A stretch of DNA of 64,000 bases from Thermoproteota archaeon (GCA_029258885.1 JAPDJW010000003.1:32001-96000); one strand, 5' to 3'. Shown: positions 38,548-48,858, numbered from the stretch's first letter. The notes: generated by a model not told the origin, from the letters alone. Translations and numbers: made by a program.

Positions 38548-39715
38548 CCTTACTCCGCCTACCGATAATATATCCAGCTGCTAATCCAGCCGTAAACGAG
38601 ATAACCACAGCCAGAATAAGGAAAGTCTGCATCCTCCGGATTTCATTCGCTATCAACCTATATTTCTCTTTAAGATCGGCAAGCTGCATTTCAAGTTTAG
38701 ATATCTTAAATTTTAATTCATTTTCAACATCAGATATCTTCTGCTTAAGCTCCTCAACATCCTCCTTTTCAGCAGATACATTAAGTAGATACTTTATTAA
38801 ATCAATAATGTTCGTCAGGTTATACTCCTCTTCTCCTTTATTAACAGGTGGCTCTAAGGCTTTTTCAACTTCCACATTGAAATTCTGTATAATCAAGACG
38901 TAATCCACCCTACCCTTCCATATCTCCGTACCTACTTCGATCCCCATAAGGTATTTTCCATGTATAAGTTCGCCGTAGCTATTTTCAACAGCATCAATTA
39001 TATCTTCAAGATTAAATCTGACTAGCGTATTTGTTATGTTTCTTTTTCTAGGGAATAGCGCTATGTAATGCCATTTACCCGCGCTGTGGTATATGTAGAA
39101 TTCCTCTAGCGTATATAATCCATTGATAGATAGCGGTAGATAGACTACCTGAGCCCCCCTCATAATCATCCATTCAGCCGCCATCGGATCGTAGTAAAGC
39201 CATATCATCAGCTCAACCGTATTGCTATACTTGCTTGGATCAACATCCTTAGTACCAACAGGCAGAAACCAGAGGTCGAAGGCCACATTAATAACTCCCT
39301 TCTTCTTATTTAGTGTGCTTTTAATGCATACAGTAAAGTTGAAGTCGGTTGTGGGGAAGGATATATTCCAGTCGTTAGCACAAGGATTCCACCAAGGCTT
39401 ACATCCAATCCATACCTCAGGGTAGCCTATTACCGGAGTATTTTGATCCCTAACATGAACACTATTAATGTTAGCAGTAACGACTATGCTGCGATTTATC
39501 CGGAAGTATTTAACCTCAACCGTACCGTCTAAGCTCTCCGTATTCCAGAGGTTAACATCTATAACGTAAATGCGCCTACCATTCTCCCCAACAACAACTG
39601 GATTGTGTGTGCTTGGGGGATAGCTAGAATAGTATACGCCATTATCACATACAGTTATCACATCCAAAAATGGAGGGAACAAAATTGCCAGTACAATTAG
39701 AGACTTAAGCCGCAT
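38525..39715 (-). CDS. Glycoside hydrolase family 12 (endoglucanase-like) with coiled coil and C-terminal TM anchor
   Basis: GYPEVWIGCKPW, NVAFDLW, ELMIWL (nucleophile), GIEVGTE (acid/base). Confidence 0.88.
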   Translation of the reverse strand: MRLKSLIVLAILFPPFLDVITVCDNGVYYSSYPPSTHNPVVVGENGRRIYVIDVNLWNTESLDGTVEVKYFRINRSIVVTANINSVHVRDQNTPVIGYPEVWIGCKPWWNPCANDWNISFPTTDFNFTVCIKSTLNKKKGVINVAFDLWFLPVGTKDVDPSKYSNTVELMIWLYYDPMAAEWMIMRGAQVVYLPLSINGLYTLEEFYIYHSAGKWHYIALFPRKRNITNTLVRFNLEDIIDAVENSYGELIHGKYLMGIEVGTEIWKGRVDYVLIIQNFNVEVEKALEPPVNKGEEEYNLTNIIDLIKYLLNVSAEKEDVEELKQKISDVENELKFKISKLEMQLADLKEKYRLIANEIRRMQTFLILAVVISFTAGLAAGYIIGRRSKDGARPSG

Positions 39716-39756
39716 TTAAACACCAATAAATCATTATATGATAATTTATTAATTAT

Positions 39757-40158
39757 TTAGGCATGCTGTTCAACTATAAATAGCTCGTTAAACTTCCTGC
39801 TATTAACCCATTTAACGCCTTCACTCATATCCATACTCATTATTTTCTCTATAACGTGATCACGCACCTTTATAACCACGGATTTACCCTCAGCATCCCT
39901 AAGCTCAAGCGATAAACCTCTATCCTCAACCATCTTGATATTTCCCTTACCCATAGTACATGATGTTGCACACTGTACTCCATCAATAAAACAGGTATAG
40001 GGGCGCCTCGAGGGGCACCTAACTATAGCTTCTATCTTAAACGGGGAGTTGGCTTTAATTATACTTAAAGCCTCCAGTCCCGCAATATATCCTAGCGTTA
40101 GGAATGGACCTAAGTGGCCGTGAAATACCGCTGCCTCTTCAAGCGTAAGCCTCTTCAC
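39757..40158 (-). CDS. FmdE (formylmethanofuran dehydrogenase subunit E) family protein
   Basis: FHGHLGP...G, CFIDGVQ..TSCTMGKGN. Confidence 0.92.
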   Translation of the reverse strand: MKRLTLEEAAVFHGHLGPFLTLGYIAGLEALSIIKANSPFKIEAIVRCPSRRPYTCFIDGVQCATSCTMGKGNIKMVEDRGLSLELRDAEGKSVVIKVRDHVIEKIMSMDMSEGVKWVNSRKFNELFIVEQHA

Positions 40159-41102
40159 CTAGACCTCCTCCATAAGTATATCAGTAACACAGCCTCTACA
40201 ATAGACACAATAGACAGTCCTATCCCTATTGTTCTCCAGAAATCAAGCCTAGCTTCAAGCACTGTTAGCTTCCGCCTATATTTATATACGGTTACCGCCT
40301 CAAACAATATTTTAGCGTTTCTCCTCATGACGAGGGTGAAGTTCGTTAGATTAGGTTCGGTATACGGGAAGTTGGTTAAAACCACGTGTATAAGCCCAAG
40401 TTCATCCGATAAATATTCGCCTATGGCTGTTCCAGACTGAAGGTTATCTATAACTAGAGCTACTTCCTCACTACGGCACGTATCAACTAGATTACTGACA
40501 TCGGACGTACTCAGCTTCTCAGGTGGACCATATGTTGAGACGATGTTGAATCCTATCCAGGACACGAAGTCTTTAAGCCACTGCATACACACAACCTTGA
40601 CTTCGCCTACCTTTAGTTCCTCAGCTCGAGCCTTAATTTCACTGGCGGCAGCGTCGATTGATCTAAGGCAGGCATTTAACCTAGCGCTTACATCAATATT
40701 TAAATACTCTTCGATACAGTTGGCGACGTCAATGTATCTTGACTTTAAGGCGTCAGGTGTATTCCATGGACCGCTTATCTTAACGAGTACGCCTTGGGTA
40801 TTTGAAGCCTCAATTAGGCTATTTATCCACGGCTCAAATCCATGGTATAATATCAGCTGAGCCTTAGAAATCATATCCACATCTCCAGGCCTTACGTCGT
40901 AGTGTGCAGGGCATATCGAGGGATTAGCTATCATATAAACCTCAATGAGATCTCCCGCTAGGTCATATACTATACTATATAGAATGCTTGTTGTACAGAC
41001 GACCACAGGCTTACCTTCCTGAGGCGAAGCGGCAACGTAGCTATGTGTCGCAACGATGCAGAGCATCACTAATGGTAACACATTTTTCGTAAAACGTAAC
41101 AT
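40155..41102 (-). CDS. Metal ABC substrate-binding protein, C-terminal TM anchor, atypical ligand motifs
   Basis: VVCTTSIL, CPAHYDVRP, LYHGFEPW; overlaps FmdE gene. Confidence 0.88.
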   Translation of the reverse strand: MLRFTKNVLPLVMLCIVATHSYVAASPQEGKPVVVCTTSILYSIVYDLAGDLIEVYMIANPSICPAHYDVRPGDVDMISKAQLILYHGFEPWINSLIEASNTQGVLVKISGPWNTPDALKSRYIDVANCIEEYLNIDVSARLNACLRSIDAAASEIKARAEELKVGEVKVVCMQWLKDFVSWIGFNIVSTYGPPEKLSTSDVSNLVDTCRSEEVALVIDNLQSGTAIGEYLSDELGLIHVVLTNFPYTEPNLTNFTLVMRRNAKILFEAVTVYKYRRKLTVLEARLDFWRTIGIGLSIVSIVEAVLLIYLWRRSR

Positions 41103-41205
41103 GATTTAGTAGTACTGCCTATGATATTTAAGCTTTATTTCACATAGCATGTGCCGAGGATTACTTTACCTCTGGAATGAAGGAGATTCTATCATAATAA
41201 ATTAA

Positions 41206-41267
41206 GTTTCAGTTAAGGCATTGAAACTGCTCTAATGGCAGAGACTTTAATGCTCAGGCATTGAAAC
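41206..41267. repeat. Two imperfect palindromic 22-23 bp repeats ending AGGCATTGAAAC, 40 bp apart
   Basis: GTTTCAGTTAAGGCATTGAAAC (41206-41227) and CTTTAATGCTCAGGCATTGAAAC (41245-41267) in a divergent intergenic region. Confidence 0.65.
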
Positions 41268-41321
41268 GTTTTCCTTGTACTTCAGCTAAAGTTAATATGA
41301 TTATTAGGGTAAATTAAGTAT

Positions 41322-42338
41322 ATGAGGCTTAAAGTAGGCGTTATAGGAGTGGGTATTCAGGGACAGCAACATATTCTTGCATATAAGTCACATCCTTTAG
41401 TTGAGCTTATTGCAGCCGCCGATGTAGATGAAGCTAAGCTTAAGAGGGTATGTGGCGAGTACAATGTTCCTAAAGGGTATACAGATTATAGGGATATGAT
41501 AGATAAAGAAGAGCTTGATCTCGTTTCGGTAGTTACACCTGATTTTCTTCACTATGAGCCTGTAACCTATGCCTTAAAGGGGGATGTTAACGTTATTGTC
41601 GAGAAGCCTCTTTCCGTGGATGTGAGAGAGGCTAGTGAAATGGTAAATTTAGCTAGATCTAGAGGCTTAATGTTATTTACTAACTTTTCAAATAGATGGA
41701 ATCCTCCATTCGCTATAGCACGTGAAAAGATAGTTAGTGGGAAAATGGGTAGGCCAGTCTATGCGTATTTTAGGCTAAGTGATACGGTGTATGTTCCGTT
41801 CAAGATGTTATCTTGGGCTTCAAAGACAAACGTAGTGTTTTTCCTTATGAGCCATACAGTGGATTTAGCTAGGTGGATATTTAACGATGAGGTAGAGTCA
41901 GTCTATGCTACCGCCTCTAGGAGAATATTGAGGTCCAAAGGTGTAGATACTTATGACTATGTCCTAGCCATCCTAAATTTCAAGAGAGGAAGTAAGGCTC
42001 TACTCGAGTCATCATGGATACTCCCTGAATCCCTACCCACGATAGTTGATTTTAGAGCTGAAATATTATGCGAAGGCGGCTGTGTTTTCATAGATGACTA
42101 TAGGCAAGGCATAGAAGCTTCAGCCGAGAAATACACTTTCCCCAAGTATGCTGGAGGCTATGTTATTAACGACAGATACACGGGATTCAATAGAGAGTCG
42201 ATACACCATGCGGTAGATTCATTATTAAATGGACGTGAACCATCCATAAAACCCGAGGATGGGTTAGCGAATACAATAATACTCTGTAGCATAATTAAAT
42301 CTATTGAAAGCGGGGAAAAGGTTTACATACATCAATAA
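41322..42338 (+). CDS. Gfo/Idh/MocA family NAD(P)-dependent oxidoreductase
   Basis: GVIGVGIQG, VTPDFLH, VEKP, SHTVDL. Confidence 0.95.
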   Translation: MRLKVGVIGVGIQGQQHILAYKSHPLVELIAAADVDEAKLKRVCGEYNVPKGYTDYRDMIDKEELDLVSVVTPDFLHYEPVTYALKGDVNVIVEKPLSVDVREASEMVNLARSRGLMLFTNFSNRWNPPFAIAREKIVSGKMGRPVYAYFRLSDTVYVPFKMLSWASKTNVVFFLMSHTVDLARWIFNDEVESVYATASRRILRSKGVDTYDYVLAILNFKRGSKALLESSWILPESLPTIVDFRAEILCEGGCVFIDDYRQGIEASAEKYTFPKYAGGYVINDRYTGFNRESIHHAVDSLLNGREPSIKPEDGLANTIILCSIIKSIESGEKVYIHQ

Positions 42339-42394
42339 TTTTACGTCTATCTTGGACCTCCGATTACAGCGGCTTAGAAATACACGTACTTTAA

Positions 42395-43156
42395 CTACTC
42401 CAGCCTATATACGGCCATTTTAACACTTGGATTATTGGCCCTATAGAACCCAACGGCTCGTCTATCGCCTGCTGTACCCTTTAGGCTTCTGAAGACTCTA
42501 ACTACGCTTAAGTATTTCGAGCCTTTCCCTCTAGCTATCCTCAATGCTTCAGAGAGAAGTCTTGTGCCAATTCTTTTTCTCCAGTATTGCCTGACGACAT
42601 GAATGCCATAGTCTATGTTAAAGTTGTTAACGTTAAGATATGCAAGTGCAACGGGTTCATCATTTAGATATCCTAACAGCACTACGTGATCGTCCGGTCT
42701 CGGTGGTATAAAGAAGCCCCAGCTTTTCCTATGGATGCCTTCAAAAACTTTTATGTACCTATTATTCCAGCTTTTGAGGATTTCAATTCTGACATCGATA
42801 TTCGGTTTCAGTATTTTACTGTTTACGTCCCAGAGGTATAGTATCCCCCTAGCGTCAACGGTATCTAGACCGAGGGGGTAATCCTCTGGAATTATTAGGA
42901 TCCGTGTTAAATCCTCGTATTCATGTATAATCGTGAGGGCTTTTTCAACCTTATCCGCTTCTTCGGCAATAGCTATAACGGCTTTCCTAATTCTCCTCCT
43001 GATAAGCCAGTCTACGCCGATAGTAAATACCCCGTCAATTTCATCAACTAGCCAAATGTCTTTCACCCTCTTAGCCCAGAAGATCATGAGCTTTCCCAGC
43101 TCAATATACCAGCTGACAAAATTCCCTATAGTCATATTCTTAAACATATGCATCAC
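42395..43156 (-). CDS. GNAT N-acetyltransferase
   Basis: HVVRQYWRKRIGTRLL acetyl-CoA motif A; AVGFY. Confidence 0.85.
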   Translation of the reverse strand: MMHMFKNMTIGNFVSWYIELGKLMIFWAKRVKDIWLVDEIDGVFTIGVDWLIRRRIRKAVIAIAEEADKVEKALTIIHEYEDLTRILIIPEDYPLGLDTVDARGILYLWDVNSKILKPNIDVRIEILKSWNNRYIKVFEGIHRKSWGFFIPPRPDDHVVLLGYLNDEPVALAYLNVNNFNIDYGIHVVRQYWRKRIGTRLLSEALRIARGKGSKYLSVVRVFRSLKGTAGDRRAVGFYRANNPSVKMAVYRLE

Positions 43157-43494
43157 GCCCAGGACATGAATGATTAGTACACGAGAAATTTAAATATAGG
43201 TGGACAATAGAGCATTAACGAAGGCAAATAGGCATCCAATCTTAGGACTTTATATAATACTTGTCGCACTAAACGTACCTATATTTTTCCGTATATTTAC
43301 TGGGATTTAAAACTCAGATATCGAATTTCAACCACAACTCATAAACAGGCAAAATAGTGTTCTAGATCTATAGCTAGGCACATACAGCGGTCTTTCATCG
43401 CTATAAGATTGAACATGTATAACTATTTTTCACCTTAAGTATATGTATGATAGGTACACAAGAGATTTAAATATGGCTGGATAGCAGGATATCG

Positions 43495-44238
43495 ATGAAG
43501 GTGAATAAGTATCTGGCTCTGGGAATTTGCCTAATAGCTGTTCTCAGCATAATAGGTATGTTTAATGTACTCAGGTTCGATACGAACTTAAATGTAGAAG
43601 CTAAGCCTTCAAGCAACATCAGTATTAAGATAGTAAACTGTACCATTACCTCGATATCAAATGGAACAATTACCGTAGAATCCGACGAGTTCAGCGGGGA
43701 GATCGCAGGAGGAGGCAAATGGTTTTTCCTATACAATGGAACCATAGGCCTAGGAAACTGGAGCAAAATTTGCAGCTATATTAAGGAGGGATCTGCTGAA
43801 ATAGTTTTCCTATTGAATGGTGGAAATGAAAGTATTCTCTTAGCGCTTAAACAGGGAGACTTAAAGTTATTTAAATACCTACTAGTTAAACATAATGTCG
43901 TAAAACACCTAGGCACAAGAAACTACTTCAGTGTCTACGGAAAGATACTGTATAAGGGCAAGAACTTCCTACTAGTTAGCATCAGAGGATACAGGGTAAT
44001 AGTATTTATTGGAGCCGAGAGCAAGTGGTATAAGGCAGGTGGAGGAATCGTAACGTGGAGCGAGGTAAGCAGCGAGTTTAACGTAGGCGATACAATTAGG
44101 ATATTCTATCACAGCATATTTATATTCAAAAACACCTTTGCAAAATACTCTGGATTTAGTGCCATAATAACTGGGTATAGCGGCGCAATAATAGATTTAA
44201 CATCTGGAGTATCAATCTCGAGATATATTGAAGGATAA
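43495..44238 (+). CDS. Secreted hypothetical protein with repeated OB-fold-like units
   Basis: Signal anchor; internal repeat KW...G...W...G. Confidence 0.65.
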   Translation: MKVNKYLALGICLIAVLSIIGMFNVLRFDTNLNVEAKPSSNISIKIVNCTITSISNGTITVESDEFSGEIAGGGKWFFLYNGTIGLGNWSKICSYIKEGSAEIVFLLNGGNESILLALKQGDLKLFKYLLVKHNVVKHLGTRNYFSVYGKILYKGKNFLLVSIRGYRVIVFIGAESKWYKAGGGIVTWSEVSSEFNVGDTIRIFYHSIFIFKNTFAKYSGFSAIITGYSGAIIDLTSGVSISRYIEG

Positions 44239-44360
44239 TATAATCCTCCTATTTTTTTATCTAGAAAAATTTATTAAGACTATACGCTATTTTTGAATGG
44301 TGATGTGGTGGAGGTACGGGAAATGGAAATTTATCTAAGTGCTCCATAAGGCCCGAGTAC

Positions 44361-45506
44361 GTGTATTATTTAGTGTCGCTTCTATACGGCGCTTCAACAT
44401 CGTTTATAGCTCCCATATACGTCGTATTCCTGCTTAATAGGGGTCTAGATTATAAGGGAGTAGCACTCATAGACGGCTTCTTCTCCGTATCAATAGCACT
44501 GCTAGACTATCCTACGGGAGGAATTGCCGATAAATACGGCAGAGGACGTACGACGGCCCTAGCCTGCCTATTCCTAGGATTAGGCTTGCTCAGCTACAGC
44601 TTCTCGAGAAACCTGTATCAATTCCTATTCTCAGAGTTCCTAGCGGCAGTTGGAGCAGCGCTCTACAGTGGAGCCTTTACAGCATGGCTTGTCGACTCGC
44701 TAAAGGAGGAGAATAGGGACCGTGATCTATCAGTTGTCTTCGGCAACGCAGAGGTATTATCGTTAATAGTAAGCTCCACTGGATCGCTTATAGGGGGATT
44801 AGTAGCCGAATACTCTCTAGAGCTACCATTTGCATTAGGATCCCTATTATGTTTCACGGCCGTGCCGATAGCGTTAATCCTTACACGTGGAAGAGGAGAA
44901 GTATATTCAAAGGAGGAGAGGAGGTATACTGATTTCCTTAGAAGTGGCATACACGTATTTCTTAGGAATAAGCCGTTAATACTGTTAACACTAGCCACAT
45001 CATTAATGGCTTTAGCTAGACCTAGCTTCACCTTAACGTGGGCTCCATACATGGAGTGCCTTGGAGCCGAGAAATGGCTCCTAGGACTAACAGGTTCGCT
45101 ATTCATGGCTATAATGGGGCTGGGAAGCTATATGGGAGGCAGGCTCGCCGTAAAGCTCGGCTACAGGCTAACTTCATGCATATCAGTTGTCTTTATATCA
45201 TCATCTCTCCTTGCCATATTGGTAGCAAACAACCCCTACGTGTTCATTATTTCAAGCCTTCCCCTAGAGGCGGGGCTTGGACTAATGATACCAACTATGG
45301 ATGCGTGGATAAATAGGTACATTCCAAGCAGGGAGAGGGCAACCGTAATAAGCCTACGTAGAACACTAATTATTCCCTTTAGAGTGCTGGGTACGGCAGC
45401 AATGGGTATTCTAAGTGACCTGGAGTCGCCTAGACTCGCCTACATATTCGCTTTTGCCGTAAATCTGCTAGCTCTACCACTATACATTAAAGTTAAAGAC
45501 GAGTAG
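44361..45506 (+). CDS. MFS transporter
   Basis: PTGGIADKYGR motif A, about 12 TM, PSRERATVIS. Confidence 0.93.
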   Translation: MYYLVSLLYGASTSFIAPIYVVFLLNRGLDYKGVALIDGFFSVSIALLDYPTGGIADKYGRGRTTALACLFLGLGLLSYSFSRNLYQFLFSEFLAAVGAALYSGAFTAWLVDSLKEENRDRDLSVVFGNAEVLSLIVSSTGSLIGGLVAEYSLELPFALGSLLCFTAVPIALILTRGRGEVYSKEERRYTDFLRSGIHVFLRNKPLILLTLATSLMALARPSFTLTWAPYMECLGAEKWLLGLTGSLFMAIMGLGSYMGGRLAVKLGYRLTSCISVVFISSSLLAILVANNPYVFIISSLPLEAGLGLMIPTMDAWINRYIPSRERATVISLRRTLIIPFRVLGTAAMGILSDLESPRLAYIFAFAVNLLALPLYIKVKDE

Positions 45507-45635
45507 TGCATCTCTTCCATTCAAATCATGGAGTTCCAAATAAGCATATACGATAATTTCGATGATTATTTCCTACATATTTATTAGCATCAACGATATG
45601 TAATATAGGAGTAGTAGCTATCTAGGTGTAAGCTG

Positions 45636-45995
45636 ATGGGCTACATTAAGGTTAAGGCTACGGTTGCTAACCCATTTAATAGGGACGTAAAGCTGGACGT
45701 GGAGTTCGTGGCTGATACGGGCGCAATCTATACGATGATACCTAAATCCATAGCTGAAGAGTTAAAGCTGGAGGAGACGGGCAGAAGAAGGTTTAAGATC
45801 GCAAGCGGCGAGACTGTGGAGTACCCTGTTTCAGAGGCATACATCACCGTGGAGGATAGGGGTGTAACAAGCCTCGTCGTAATAGGCCCAGAAAAATCCA
45901 TTCCATTGCTGGGAACTACCACCCTAGAGTTACTCGGCCTTCAGGTGGATCCAGCATCGGGGAAGCTTAAGCCCCTGGAGTTAATGATGCTTTAG
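45636..45995 (+). CDS. Clan AA (retropepsin-like) aspartic protease
   Basis: VADTGAIYT, LLGTTTLE. Confidence 0.92.
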   Translation: MGYIKVKATVANPFNRDVKLDVEFVADTGAIYTMIPKSIAEELKLEETGRRRFKIASGETVEYPVSEAYITVEDRGVTSLVVIGPEKSIPLLGTTTLELLGLQVDPASGKLKPLELMML

Positions 45996-46110
45996 CTAAA
46001 CTAGCTGTTTGATCGATATATAGTGGTTGAGGCTTAACATTCTTTTCACAACCATAAATTTATCACTTCAAAAAACTTGAATATATTAAGTACTCTCTGG
46101 GTGTTAGGCT

Positions 46111-46752
46111 ATGGGCAGCATCCTGAAGCCTATCCTCCTATCTCTCGTATATCTGGTAGCTGTAATTTTAGCTGGCTTTTTAGCTGGCAGCTTCACCTAT
46201 CTTTTAACGGGGAGTATCGTCACGGCTGGCATTGTCACTCAGGCGGTTTTTACGGCTATACCTATAGCTACAATCACCCTGCTTCACCAAAACCTAGCCG
46301 ACTACGGATTCAAATCAGCTAATCGAAAAATTCTTCTGTCGATACCCGTCTCCCTAATATTTTCATTTCCGCTGGCTATTGTAAGCATATATCTTAGCGA
46401 AAACTATACTCCACCAATAGCTTTAGAGGATATACGTATTATGTTACTGCTAGCCATAGTAGTCTCTCCAATTGGCGAGGAGGTTTTATTTAGGGGCTTT
46501 ATAGAGGGCTATCTACTAAAGCATACCGATAGGTGGATAGCTATAGCAATGCCGGCTCTACTGTTCTCTGCAATGCATATAGTGCCCTACATCTCAGCTC
46601 CACTACCAGCTCTATTGCTTATATTACTCGGAGCGTTCATCCTTGGGATGTTAGCCGGATACTACAGAGCTGTATACGGGTCACTAATCCCAGCCGTTAT
46701 CGTTCATTCAGTTTTCAATCTTTCAGGAATAGTTGTATGGCTTTGCCTCTAA
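46111..46752 (+). CDS. CPBP/CAAX (Abi) intramembrane glutamic endopeptidase
   Basis: EEVLFRG, FSAMH, HSVFN. Confidence 0.93.
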   Translation: MGSILKPILLSLVYLVAVILAGFLAGSFTYLLTGSIVTAGIVTQAVFTAIPIATITLLHQNLADYGFKSANRKILLSIPVSLIFSFPLAIVSIYLSENYTPPIALEDIRIMLLLAIVVSPIGEEVLFRGFIEGYLLKHTDRWIAIAMPALLFSAMHIVPYISAPLPALLLILLGAFILGMLAGYYRAVYGSLIPAVIVHSVFNLSGIVVWLCL

Positions 46753-46820
46753 CTAGAAAAGTATATTAGCTATGAATAAGTATAATTGTTTGAAAGCCGT
46801 AGCATCTTGGGTGCTATACC

Positions 46821-48458
46821 ATGCAGTTTACTAGGAGGAAGGTGGTTGCTCTCCTAGTTGCTCTAGTAATAGTGGCCATAACAGCCTACATGCTCCTCCC
46901 CTCTCTCCTCCAGAGGCCATGCGTATCTATAGCAAGCTATGAGTTTAAGGTTAAATTAAGCGGCTGGAGGATAATGCGAGTAATAGAAGTCTATCTGGAG
47001 AACAGCGGCACCGATAACGTGACAATATCTCTAGTGAAAGTTAATGGAGAGGAGTGGAGTCTCTGGTCTCCCCAGGACCTAATGATAAAGCCTGGAGATA
47101 GGGGATGTATCGAGATACGGTATCCTTGGAATAACGATGAGCTTGAGGTATCAATAGAAACCAGCGGAGGAGAAGTGAAGTTCAAGGATAAGGCTCCAGC
47201 CTTCAACGGAGTTAAAATAGTGCTACTAAACGCCTACAACCAGACTATAAGTGAGCTAGTGCATCTAGAGATGTATTTTAAGGATGGAGAATGCAAGAGA
47301 GGATTCATAAGAATACTCGACGACGAGGGGCTTGAAGTAGAATCCCAAATGTGGGGAGTGGTGGAGTATGAGAGCGGCTATGTGAGAACAGCCATAATCA
47401 GCTTCCCCATATCCCTGAGGCCTGGAGAGCACGTGGAGTATAGGCTAGAGGTGGGCGAGAAATCGGCCTATGCAGGGACGGAATCCCCCTACATTTCCAT
47501 TAAGCAGACCGGAAACTATACGCTGATAGAAAACGGTGTACTAACTGTAAGATTCAAAGAATACGAAGTTATCTCAGGGAGGCTGTTTAAGTACGGCGGC
47601 GTAATAGACTACTTCGGAAACCAAAAGATAAACTTCGCAAAGCTATATGAGCCACCGAACTCCACAAGATCAGGCCTAAACTTCTTCCACGGCATGCTAG
47701 ACTCTTTCTTCGAGTTCGGATACGATAAAAGATACGCCCTGCTCGTAAAAACCGATACCTGGATAGATTCAAGAGGCCCACTGCTAGCAGTATATGCTAG
47801 GAAGTGGTCGCTGGGAGGGGATAGGGGATACGTCTACGAGTTCTTCGGCATACCCGTAGACAGCAAATACATACTCTATAGGTGCGTGGTTGAGGTAAAT
47901 AGGGAGTTTAGCGTAGGTCCAAACCCAGGTCCAGGAGCTGGGGGATACGAGTTCTATAATCCCGCGGGAATGGGGGAGATGGGCGTACCCCACCTAGCAG
48001 TAGTAGGCGCCACATACTACCTGATCGAAAGTGAAGACATATACTATCCACCTTGGCCCGGAGTAGATATTTGGATAAAGCATTCAATAGCCCTATGCGT
48101 AGACTTTAACCTGGGGGTAGGAATATCCTTAGTTGTAAACGATGAGGCTGCACCGTTAGGCTACTGGCACATATCCACTACGAAGTGGCCCTGGGAGGAC
48201 GAATATTCGTCGGACATGATATTCCTAGCAGGAATACACGAGAATATGCTGTGCTACGACGGCCAAAACATATCGAAGGAACCATACGCTAGTGAAAGGG
48301 AGGTAAAGCCTAGAGGTTCCGCGACCTACAGGAGGGGAGTATACAGTTACCTCTTCGCCGTCAGGGCGATAATTGGAGAAGACGCCTTAACAATTTTAAA
48401 ATACATGAACAATCTATACGAGGGCAGAATACTCAAGCTAAACGTAGAGAAGCTATAG
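46821..48458 (+). CDS. Membrane-anchored extracellular beta-rich protein (Ig-like, then glycosidase-accessory-like domains)
   Basis: Signal anchor; ENSG..V.I..VKVNG Ig motif; GLEVESQ.W and LIENG.L.V patterns. Confidence 0.7.
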   Translation: MQFTRRKVVALLVALVIVAITAYMLLPSLLQRPCVSIASYEFKVKLSGWRIMRVIEVYLENSGTDNVTISLVKVNGEEWSLWSPQDLMIKPGDRGCIEIRYPWNNDELEVSIETSGGEVKFKDKAPAFNGVKIVLLNAYNQTISELVHLEMYFKDGECKRGFIRILDDEGLEVESQMWGVVEYESGYVRTAIISFPISLRPGEHVEYRLEVGEKSAYAGTESPYISIKQTGNYTLIENGVLTVRFKEYEVISGRLFKYGGVIDYFGNQKINFAKLYEPPNSTRSGLNFFHGMLDSFFEFGYDKRYALLVKTDTWIDSRGPLLAVYARKWSLGGDRGYVYEFFGIPVDSKYILYRCVVEVNREFSVGPNPGPGAGGYEFYNPAGMGEMGVPHLAVVGATYYLIESEDIYYPPWPGVDIWIKHSIALCVDFNLGVGISLVVNDEAAPLGYWHISTTKWPWEDEYSSDMIFLAGIHENMLCYDGQNISKEPYASEREVKPRGSATYRRGVYSYLFAVRAIIGEDALTILKYMNNLYEGRILKLNVEKL

Positions 48459-48600
48459 CATAATGTATTTAAAGTAGCCGTAAGTTAGAGAGCAAATTTA
48501 TATTATATATGTTTATGTGGAATTAAATCGGTCGGATAATTGTTATATTAGGCGAATAAATTTTAATAATTGTATTAATGAAGTGCTGTAGGGTTAATGG

Positions 48601-48858
48601 ATGAATGAAGTTGTTACTGTTACTCGGAAATTTCAGATTACAATACCTAAGAGAGTTAGGGAGAAGCTAAGGATAAATGTGGGCGATAAACTTCTTGTAA
48701 AAGTAGTAGATGATAAGATAGTTATGGTGCCTATTAGAGGTGCTGTTGCACTAAAGAAGCTTTCTACAATCGCCGATAGGTTACTCGGAGGATCCAGAAA
48801 ATTGAATGCAGTAAAGCTGATTGAAGAGTCGCTTAAAGAGGAGACAGGGATTACTTAA
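48601..48858 (+). CDS. Orphan AbrB/MazE family antitoxin
   Basis: VTRKFQITIPKRVREKLRINVGD; no PIN gene follows. Confidence 0.9.
   Translation: MNEVVTVTRKFQITIPKRVREKLRINVGDKLLVKVVDDKIVMVPIRGAVALKKLSTIADRLLGGSRKLNAVKLIEESLKEETGIT

Noticed and set aside
38478-38903. Antisense ORFs of 130-150 aa (also 28603..29055, 37886..38296, 44663..45106 and many shorter)
   Set aside because: Shadow frames opposite well-supported genes, with Ser/Leu-rich antisense composition
41206-41267. CRISPR array
   Set aside because: Only two divergent units, a 17-nt spacer and no cas genes in the window; kept only as a repeat/operator candidate
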